The notes under the pieces were generated by a model, which did not search any database, had not been told where the DNA came from, and worked only from the letters and a program-made list of their open reading frames with translations. A stretch of DNA of 64,000 nucleotides. Source: Eledone cirrhosa. Its lineage: Eukaryota. The DNA lies in assembly GCA_964016885.1 (NCBI GenBank), contig OZ024740.1, positions 239,878,001 to 239,942,000 of the forward strand, in the 5' to 3' direction. Position numbers and translations under genes: made by a program. Numbering within the stretch: the stretch's first letter is position 1; each line of letters starts with the position of its first letter. Positions 14,168 to 24,100 of the stretch are shown here, piece by piece.

Positions 14168-14721
14168 TAAAATAACAGATTAAAGTTTAAGCAAAGAATC
14201 GCTGCTTTATGCATACATACATTCATACAAGCATACACATACATACATAGACAGACAGACACATGTGCATTTACTATTTCTATGCTAAATTAACCAGAAA
14301 ATTTGGAAACAATGTAAGTCCTAACACCATACTCTAAAGTCTATTTTAAAATCAGTTGCTAGCAACTAAATCAAATATTATCACGGACGTTTAAATGTTT
14401 TGTCTTTCTTCCTTTTCAGTTCATTACACAAATGCATGTTATTTTGTCCTTTTTTTTGTTTTTGTTTTTGTTGTGTATTAGCTTCAATAAGTGTACTATG
14501 GTTATGGTGGGCCACCCCGTTCAGGGTTTAGTCACATTCACTCCAGCACTTAGTTTTCAAATTGGTACTTTTTTATTGATCGATATTTATGAATGCATTA
14601 AGGCGCTCTTTGGCATAAAGGGACAAAACATCGATTTACAAAAACACTGACAGAACACAAACTCACACGCCCTCAGGTGGACATTTGAATACATAGTCTT
14701 ATATATATATATATGTGGGTG

Positions 14722-14782
14722 ATGTGTTGGTGTAATGGTAGCACAGTGGTCTGGATAACCAAAGATGTGTGTTCGACTCCTA
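14722..14782 (+). other. tRNA-like Pol III head (tRNA pseudogene or SINE head)
   Basis: TGGTGTAATGGTAGCA (A box) and GTGTTCGACTCC (B box) at tRNA-like spacing; no convincing cloverleaf. Confidence 0.5.
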
Positions 14783-14931
14783 TGTACGTCAATACTCATC
14801 TTTTTCCATTTCTCTGAGGGTTCTAAACCCAACTACCATTTCTTTAGTCAAAGAATACGGGGAAAGCTTCTATTTTCTAATTTCAAACTTGCTCACTGTT
14901 TCAAAAACATACTTACTTGTCATATATATAC

Positions 14932-14973
<42 letters not shown>

Positions 14974-15094
14974 GTGTGTGTATAAATATTTCGTATCTCC
15001 AAAGAAATACAGTTTTAGGAAGCTGTAACTCTGCAAACACCGGGGGTGAGGGGCTAACGCCGTCTGGTGATGTCCAGCAGAAGCAAGGGGGACA

Positions 15095-15138
15095 ACCGTC
15101 TATGCATTTCGGGCTTAACTGGCCTTCGTCAGGACGGT
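15095..15138 (-). ncRNA. Minimal type I hammerhead ribozyme
   Basis: Reverse complement: ACCGTC-CTGACGA-AGGC-cagttaa-GCCC-GAAA-tgca-TA-GACGGT, with one stem II mismatch. Confidence 0.8.
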
Positions 15139-15497
15139 CCCTCCCACCGCTTGCGACTGCTGGACTAGAAGACAGCTGAGAATATATACTTTTCTCGTCT
15201 GTGTAAATCAGGTGATTAATCTCATTTGCATATGAAGTTGCATAAGTTGGCTCAACTTATAATAAAAAAGAAATAGGATTTCGCTTCAAGCATAGCTTTA
15301 TACAATATGTATAAATATTTCGTATCTCCAAAGAAATACAGTTTTAGGAAGCCGTAGCTATGCAAACTCCGGGGGGGCTAACGCCCCCTGGTGATGTCCA
15401 GCAGAGGCAAGGGGGATAATCACCTCATTTACACAGACGAGAAAAAGTATATATTCTCAGCTGTCTTCTAGTCCAGCAGTCGCAAACGGTGGAAGGG

Positions 15498-15541
15498 ACC
15501 GTCCTGACGAAGGCCAGTTAAGCCTGAAATGCATAGACGGT
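15498..15541 (+). ncRNA. Minimal type I hammerhead ribozyme
   Basis: ACCGTC-CTGACGA-AGGC-cagttaa-GCCT-GAAA-tgca-TA-GACGGT: 6-bp stem I, 4-bp stem II, and a minimal stem III with a palindromic loop. Confidence 0.88.
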
Positions 15542-15869
15542 TGTCGCCCTTGATTCTGCTGGACATCACCAGAGGCGTTAGCCCCCCGGTGTTTGCATAG
15601 CTACAGCTTCCTAAAACTGTATTTCTTTGGAGATACGAAATATTTATACATATTGTATAAAGCTATGCTTGAAGCGAAATCCTATTTCTTTTTTATTATA
15701 AGTTGAGCCAACTTATGCAGCTTGATACATATGTGAACCTAAACATCGAGTGCTCACCCGGGTGAACCTACACTATATATACATATATGTGTGTATGTGT
15801 GTGTGTGTACTTCGTTTTGGAATTTGTTTTGCAAGATTTCTTATCTGAAAACGTGTGTTGAAACATATA

Positions 15870-16130
15870 TTGTTTTACTTTGGGAGGATCATGCTGCCAA
15901 TAAAAACACACGCAAGATGTGTAGGACAGAACAAAGGAGAGGCACATAATAAAAACCCAGTCATAAGGGGGCAATAGAATGTGTGCCGAAAGAGTTTTGA
16001 CAATATATAAACAACCATCCGGTTATCGAACCAACCAACCGGAAATTTATAATAAATTGAAGTGAAAACCAACAGGTGTGTGTGTGTTTTTTTTGTTTTT
16101 TTGCAGCATTACCCTCCCAAAGTATAACAA
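15870..16130. mobile_element. ~260-bp element with ~40-bp imperfect terminal inverted repeats (MITE-like or foldback)
   Basis: TTGTTTTACTTTGGGAGGATCATGCTGC...AAAAACACAC (15870-15911) matches the reverse complement of 16082-16130 (TTGTTATACTTTGGGAGGGTAATGCTGC...AAAAACACAC). Confidence 0.7.
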
Positions 16131-16155
16131 AGTATAACATATATATATATGTTTG

Positions 16156-16186
<31 letters not shown>

Positions 16187-16544
16187 TATGGAACTAGCTG
16201 TTGAAACGACAACAGCTCAGCCGTAGGGCCTCGACACTTCATAATATATACATATGAAACATTAATATATATATAAATGGAAAAGAATGAAACGAAATTT
16301 CATTTCTCACTCTTAGTACGGCTGATACCTAAATATAAGTATGTATACGTACATACATATATGTATACAGACGTACAGTAGTATGTATATATATACATAC
16401 ATGCACACATATATATATATATGTACGTATGGGTTTACCGAACATTTATTATAATGTTCGGTTTGTTTGTAAACAAACAGCCCGAATTACGCCGTACAGT
16501 GCTCGGCAACCATCGTCGCCCTTTTGTTCAACACTGACACAGGA

Positions 16545-16587
16545 ACGATGTACTAGTTTCAAGCTTATTAACTATCGTCAGCATCGT
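16545..16587 (-). ncRNA. Minimal type I hammerhead ribozyme
   Basis: Reverse complement: ACGATG-CTGACGA-tAGT-taataa-GCTt-GAAA-ctag-TA-CATCGT. Confidence 0.75.
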
Positions 16588-16919
16588 ATACCTTTCTGTC
16601 AGATGATTGAACGTGTGAAAGTATATACTTTCCTTATGCATATTAACGGATGAGCAGCCTAATTTGCATATCGAGTGAGTTAATCGGTGGGGCGAACCGA
16701 AAACATTATAATAAATGTTCGGTAAACCCATACGTGCATACATATATATGTGTGCATGTATGTATATATATACATACTACTGTACGTCTGTACACATATA
16801 TGTATGTACGTATAAATACTTATATTTAGGTATCAGCCGTACTAAGAGTGAGAAATGAAATTTCGTTTCATTCTTTACCATTTATCGTTTTCGGTGCGCC
16901 CGGCCGACTAACTCACTCG

Positions 16920-16968
16920 ATATGCAAATTAGACTGCTCAGCCGTTAATATGCATAAGGAAAGTATAT
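16920..16968 (+). promoter_or_regulatory. Octamer (ATGCAAAT) plus TATA-like module upstream of the hammerhead
   Basis: ATATGCAAATTAGACT, a 30-nt gap after the octamer, then AAAGTATAT. The same module occurs at 15233-15184 (-) in the otherwise dissimilar element. Confidence 0.5.
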
Positions 16969-17003
16969 GCTTTCACACGTTCAATCATCTGACAGAAAGG
17001 TAT

Positions 17004-17046
17004 ACGATGCTGACGATAGCTAATAAGCTTGAAACTAGTACATCGT
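17004..17046 (+). ncRNA. Minimal type I hammerhead ribozyme
   Basis: ACGATG-CTGACGA-tAGC-taataa-GCTt-GAAA-ctag-TA-CATCGT, with a 6-bp stem I and a palindromic CTAG loop III. Confidence 0.82.
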
Positions 17047-17258
17047 TCCTGAGTCAGTGTTGAACAAAGGGGCGACGATCGTTGCCGAGCACTGTACGGC
17101 GTAATTCGGGCTGTTTGTTTACAAACAAACCGAACATTATAATAAATGTTCGGTAAACCCATACGTGCATATATATATATATGTGTGCATGTATGTATAT
17201 ATATATACATACTACTGTACGTATGTACACATATACGTATGTACGTATAAATACTTAT

Positions 17259-17291
<33 letters not shown>

Positions 17292-19062
17292 TATCGCTTT
17301 CACACATTTCGGGTTTTTTCCTCGTTTGTCTGTTTTTGTCCCTTGAAATTTAGTGAAAGCGCGTCTTTACTTGCCTGTCAGTGATTGTAATTTTAGATAT
17401 TATAGAAAAATTTTTATCAGTACAAGAAGTTCATAAATTTTATGCAGTATTAGTAAAATGTATTCCCATGGCTAAATCAAAATGCAAATATATTTTGAAT
17501 GATTTATAGAATTCGGAATATTTTAATACTACGATTTGGGTCGTTTGTTGAAATATTCTGTAGATGTGGCGCAATTTTTCAAAAAGTTACATCATCTGTT
17601 TATGACATACTCTCCTATGTAAACTTGGTATTTCTATTCTTCTGTTAAAAGGGTCGCCAATAATACTGTTCATGTATACAAAGAAATGTCTGTAGATGCA
17701 ATAAAATACCATTAGTTAAGGCATTTTACAATTGCATCACTTTTGAAACTCTGAAATGAATGGCGTTCTGTTGGTTGATTGAAAAAATATATTTTAAACA
17801 TGTTTTCTAGCCGCATCTAATCTCACCTAACAATTCCTATTGTGTTACATTGTCACTACTAACAATGTAATGAAATTATTGTTTTCCTATAATACAGTAT
17901 CTCGAACTGGGTGTCTAAATAAAAGTATGTTTGTTCGATTTTAGCCAGTGCTTTATATTATCTATTTCATTTCATTTTATTCAAGCTATCTTATTTTGAA
18001 CTTAAAATCTTATATTTTGTATCTGCATTAGATAAACGATAAAGATAACCAAAAGGTTAATTTATTATCAGACGAGCAAGGAAGCATTCTAAGCATGCTG
18101 AAGTATTTGTTATTCAAAGGGTATTATCTATGATTATTTACATAATTAAAATATTAAAATTTGTAAATGTTCAGCTCATCTTGTTTTGACGAGATTGAAA
18201 ATAATATAGACATTCTTTTAATTGGCACATAGGACATATTTTATAATAGAAATGAACTGTTATATGCATGTATTTCCCAATGCCGTTAACAGTTCAGGAA
18301 AAAAAGAATTGGTTTCCAATCCAATGTATCAAACTAAGAATTATATATGCAATTATTACTTTTTAAAATTTCTATCACAATTGGCAAACAATAGAGTCGT
18401 TGTTCTTAGGATTCCGACGAGTGGTTTAGCAGTTTGTTGGGTAGGCTCACGATCGTAAGGCCATAATATTGATTCTTGGATAAGAAGGCATAGCATGTCC
18501 TTGAACAAGAAAACACCCTCTGTCTACATTAAATAGAACAGCCAAATAACGACAAATTCACCACCACAACCTAGATACACCACCTAACCCCCCCCCCTGT
18601 GTACACTAAATACAACAGCCAGATAACGGCAATTTCACCGTCACCACCACCAATCCCAACATAATAATTATTATTATTATTGTATCTCAAGTTTTCTCAA
18701 AATGTTTAAATCAAATATTAAAGAAATATGTCAACATGTATATTAAACATAGGCGACAAACCGCATAGATATACAGATCAAACAAACGCAGTCTATTCAA
18801 CAGAAATCAGTGGCTACAACGCCATCATTACACTACCACTATCCCATCCCCAACGCCACCACTCCATCATGGCTATCACCACTATTCCCCCATACCTTCT
18901 GTTAACTTAAGAAAGGGGAAGGTGGCGCTAACACTAGACAAGGGAGATGCTAACGAAATATATAAATAGACTGACATAGTGATTCGGTCAAAAGTTAACA
19001 ACAGTTATGGCAATGAAGAGGCCACTTCAACAAAAAGTATATTACATTATTAATAATAATTT

Positions 19063-19262
19063 CGGTGGATTGGCAGTATCGGTAGAGGGTCAGGCGCCAT
19101 GCTTTGAAGCATAGAGTTACCTCCCTTTATGATCCGAGTTCAAATCCCGCCGAGGTTAACTTTGCTTTCATCCTTACGGGGTCGATAAAATAAAATACCA
19201 GTAATGCACTGGGCACTGGGATAATTGCTGGCCTGGTGCCAAAAGTAGAAACAATTATTAAT
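19063..19262 (+). mobile_element. tRNA-derived SINE
   Basis: A and B boxes, conserved core, AGAAACAATTATT tail. Confidence 0.9.
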
Positions 19263-19339
19263 AATAATTTCTTTCTCAGCCAAGAAGGGCTCACATTAAG
19301 GAACCACTCATGATAATAACAATTTAAAAAATAAAAGAA

Positions 19340-21147
19340 AACCCGTGACCAAGAAATACCGGGATGGCGGCCGGCGGGGAATAGCCGTGTCTCTCGGGGA
19401 GGACGACCCCTCTAGTCTTGGTTGACACTCGTCCTAGGAGTCGTAACACGAAATGATTACCCCTTTGCGGTTAAGGATAAAACGCAACATAATAAAGCCA
19501 ATGTCAAATGATAAAATCTCATACCGGATCGGCCGTCACCCGGGTCAAATAGGGCCGCGTCCATCATTGAGGAACCAGACTGGGGTCGAAAAATCAGCTA
19601 ATGGTTCAAACCTTCCCATCAATTCGGAGCTGGAGACCTCCCATAACCGGAATGCTCCTACTGTTGGCCCCCATGCTCAAAATGGTCAAGGGAAGACAAT
19701 AAAGAAGTCCTTGAGGCTTTCTACACTGCCATGTACTACCCATCAAATAGATCGAATACAGAACAGACGTATATCAACTGGAAAAAGAAACATCCTGAAA
19801 ACAGAGGCCATATTGACAGTAACAAACTAGCCAATATACGAAAAAATATTGTTAAGAAAAAGTTACTAACTGATATAGAAATTGATCAGATCAAGCAATT
19901 AGCGCAAAGTCAGCGAAGGGAAAATCAAGCATGAGTCAGTGAAAACGAAGTAAATTGTAACACTTCAAATTCCAGGGTTGGGGCGGAATCACTGACAGCA
20001 AAACAAATTAAAGAAAGGATCGAAAAAGTTGAAGGAGTGCATGCTCAAGATGAAACTCAAAATTAAAACAATGAGATCGTCAATGATAAAGAAATGAATG
20101 AGAATGAACTCGCCAACTTGAAGAATGAAATTATGATCGAATGGATAAAAATGAAAGAATCTGACATGGAGGAACGAGACACTCCCTAAGATCCAGAACT
20201 CCAAACAAAACCAAAGGATAATACACAAGACTAACATAACTCTCAAAAACATTATCATCACAAATAAACTAAACATTACTGATCTAAATCATCTCTATTA
20301 TGCATCGGCTAAAGTCAGCACTCACTTATGTGGAGTGAAAATGAAAAAACAAAGGAATTCCCACAAGAAATATACTTGGCAAGAGAACATCAATCGCCAA
20401 ATAAATCTTCTCCGATCTGACATAGAAATTTTAGCAAACTACAAAGTAGGTGAACATGTTAAACAAACTAAACTTAGAAAATTGAAAAGAAAATATAGTA
20501 TAAAATCAACAAGTGACATAGACATGCTGATAGAAATAATCAAGCAAAAAGTGTCGGCCAAAGCTGCTCGTATAAGGCGCTTTGAAAAACGATCTAGATT
20601 CTATAAGGACAATAATATGTTCAAAAACACACAAAGAAACTTCTACAGAAAAATTGGCAAGTCAACAATAACTGCTAAATCAATACCACCCAAGGAGGAA
20701 GTGCAAAAATTCTGGGAAAAGATCTGGGCCGAAGAAAAGTTTATAATATACATGCCCCATGGAGAGACAGACAAATGAAAGATACAGCTCACCTTGAGGA
20801 ACAAACATAGGAAAATATAACAGTTGAACGGTTGCGCTTGGCTCTAAGAAAAACCAGCAAATGGAAATCCCCAGGGAAAGACAAAATACCAAATTTTTGG
20901 ATAAATGCCTTCACAGAGTCTCATGAGCTGTTAGTCCAACTTTAGAATGGTTAAGAAGCCAGAAAAGATACCATCATGGCTAGTTAACGGCATTACATTC
21001 CTACTTCCGAAGAATGATGAGACAAACAATCCCAAATATTACAGACCGATAACTTGCTTGACCACAAAGTATAAAATGTTAACATCAGTCCTAACTGAAT
21101 ATACATATGATTTCCTGATAACAAATGATCTATTCCCCAATGATACC
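19340..21147 (+). mobile_element. Degenerate R4/Dong-type non-LTR element, 5' half (N-terminal domain to RT start), interrupting a Tx1 3' UTR
   Basis: ORF fragments W...HPEN...KLAN..KNIVKKKLLTDIEI, KQKVSAKAARIRRFEKR...NNMF, KFWEKIW, and GITFLLPK...YRPITCL are all homologous to the 1080-aa ORF at 44241-47483. Confidence 0.85.
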
Positions 21148-24100
21148 TAAGGGGGAAACTTCCGAGGGTCACTCGTGGCGAAAACCACACAAAACACCAC
21201 TGCCACCCTGACCACCAGGGTAAGCGCTCTCTCTCAGTTTTCCACTCCTCAGTCTACTGGCGCATACTGAGTGCGGGCCCCATTCACACGGACCAGACTC
21301 GCCACTTTCACCCACCTTTCAACAAACTTGCTAGAAGACAACACTTGTCTCTGCATCCTGATTTTCCTCTTCAAGTGAAATTTGAAAAAGTTAATCAGGG
21401 ATTCGCCGAAGAGGAAAGTGTCTGTCTTCATTCCTTTCAACCTTATCCACCATACAATCTCTTTCGCCATGGCTACCGGGCAGATGAACACTGCCTCCCC
21501 TTCCTCCTCCTTAAAGGAGGGCGGCGGGGCTATCTGCACAATGCACTCAGTCGATAACCGGTTCAGTCCTACACGTGACAGCAAATGTTCGACATAGCTC
21601 CACAAGTCAGCAATGCTCGGACACTGAACGAGTGCGTGCACAACGGTTTCGTCACTCTGTGCGCATCTCGGACAGGTTCGGCTGATGGCACTTCCGTGCC
21701 TGTAGAGCTTATCTCGAACCGGCAACTCTCCCCGGCAACTCTCTCCGGCAGCACTGCCAGGCCAGGGATTTCTAGAAGTTGTCCATAGGCCCCGGGCTGA
21801 AAGTTCTCTTGAAGAGAGCGAACAGCTGATCGTCTTCGACGCCCAGGGTCTCCCCGAGAACGTCGTCACTCTTCCCTCCACTAGTCCTCTATAGAACGCC
21901 GAGGTGGATGTTCCACCGATAGTAGTGCCCAGCTGGTAGAAGGCTGTGAGCGCTTGGAGACATCCCAGCTTCCAAGCGCTATCCCTCGGTCTTTTCCTGA
22001 TCCAGGACTGCAGCTCCGTTAATGAGACGAGTTGGGGAAAAACACGTCTGGCAAACATGACCACACCTGTTCACTGTTAAGGAAGCACCAGAGATGTCGC
22101 AGCCTCAGCGCGGGTTTGCGCATCATCAACCACGGCATGCCCAGTCCTCCACGCAACGGGTGTTGACAGCAGATGGATTGTCTCACCATGGGAGCACGTC
22201 CCTTCCATAAAAAGCGGAAGAGAAGGCGCTCCATTTTTTCAGTGTTGGGCCGGGGCAAGGCATAACGGTTAGGTGGTAGCAGATGACGGATGCGATGAAC
22301 GCATTCGCCACCTCTGCCTGACCTTTCAGGGACAGCTTCCTCTCGGCCCATTTCTGGGTGAGAGAGGCCACCCTGTTTGTCACCTCGCTCCAGTTTTTCT
22401 CCATCTGTAGGTCCGGACCAATCCAGACCCCGAGCAATTTAACCGGTCGTTCCGCTGTCGGGCGGCATGGATTTGCCTCTCCAGGTGCTGAGCTTTTCCT
22501 GGTTTAACTTTGCTCCTGTCACTGCTTCATATTCATTGAGAGCGGTGCCGAGCATCTGGACATGTCCAGCGCTTGACACCACCACAGTGACGTCGTCAGC
22601 GTAAGCTGATACGGATCTCCCTCATCCGAGTTCGCGTGGGACGTCTCTCATCGTCTCCAATTTGTGCAGTAACGGCTCTAGAGCCAATACGTACAAGAAT
22701 GACGAGAGGGGACAACCCTGACGGACCGAGCTCAAGATGCTGAACGGCTGTGACATATGACCGTTCACCTTCACAACTGAGCAGATGTCGCTGTGCATCG
22801 CAGCGATCCAACCCCTGAAAATGGGCCCGAAACCAGTCGCTTCGAGGACCGCCGCCAGGTACCGATGGTCAACCCTATCAAATGCCTTAGATGGATGTAA
22901 GTGAACCAGGGCCCCACCCGTGCCAGGTTCCTTAACCACACTCTCTATGATGTATTGCATGAGATGGAGGTTGTCGTGGATGGATCTGTCCGGGATGCCG
23001 CATATCTGCGTCTCTCCCACCAGATCACCGACGACATGCTAATACCTTGGCCAAAATCTTGAACTCTGTGTTTAGCAGAGTTATGGGCCTAAAGTTGTCT
23101 ATAACGTCCATTTTGTTCGGGTCTTTTCTCACCAGCACCACCGCTCCCCGGTTCACAATACTGGGAATGCTCCCGTTCTGCTGTCAGTTGCAGTAGACAT
23201 CTGCCAAGAGGTCGCCGAACAAGTCTGGCATGTACGCATAAAGCTCGTAGGGTAGACCATCCAAACCTGGCGATTTACCCCTCGTGCAGTTAGACATGGC
23301 TTCCCGTATTTCATCTGCTGTTATCGGCTTTTTGCAGCACTGCGTTGCGGTCGCCGAGAGCCGCGGCAGTCCGTCAAGGTATGCACCGAAGTCCATAATC
23401 CGATCCTTTCCGCCGCCGCCTCCGCACAATCGAGCAAAGTGCTGTTGAAAAGCCGCACACATCTGCTCGGGTTCGAGCAATATGCTCCCGTTTTGATCAA
23501 GAAAATACCGTATTGTGGATTTGTTGCCACGTCGCGCCTCCACCACCCGGGCCCATTGAACGGCTTTCGTCCCCTCATGTCACAGAGCAAACGCTTTAGC
23601 TCTGACAACGCAGCTTTCATGCTCGTTGAAGAATTGGTCGAGTGTCAATCTCACCGCATGCACGTCTGTTGCGATGCCTGTCCTAAACGCCTCTTCTAGT
23701 TTTCTAATTAGCTCTCCCTCTACTCTATTGTCCTCTATCACTACTCCTTTGCTAAACCTTATCGATTCTACTCTAATAGCCCGTTTCAGGGTAAACCACC
23801 ACCTGGTGTTGAAGATCGCACCCGTCAACACACGCTTAACTAATTCGCTAATCCGTTTCTGTAAGCTTTGCGTGCCGGCAACGGCGCGTTCAGCTTCCAG
23901 TAACCGGGCCCTTGCCTATGGAGTCTATCTAAGTCAACCTCAGAGGTCACAAATTTGTGCTCCGTGTAGTCGACTACTTTAAATTGTGGACAACTTACAC
24001 TAGCATTATCTGTTTCCCTACAGAATACCCTATCTAAATACGATCTGGATGACCCGATGCGGTTTGCCCATATCCACATTGGTACATTCGGATAATCCAG

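Larger units (their letters stand above)
14981..15730. mobile_element. Hammerhead-bearing non-coding element (retrozyme/Penelope pLTR-like): 329-nt monomer in a partial tandem plus an inverted monomer
   Basis: Block order C-D-E-C | D'-C'-E'. Block C repeats at 14981 and 15310 (period 329), and the inversion point is ~15416/15417. Each arm has one hammerhead. Confidence 0.8.
16271..17258. mobile_element. Second hammerhead-bearing non-coding element: ~431-nt monomer, inverted monomer plus partial tandem
   Basis: Block order A-B | A'-B'-A'(partial). Block A' repeats at 16702 and 17133, and the inversion point is ~16703. B and B' each carry a hammerhead. Confidence 0.8.

Noticed and set aside
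14722-14790. Functional tRNA gene
   Set aside because: A and B boxes are present, but the acceptor and anticodon stems do not form.
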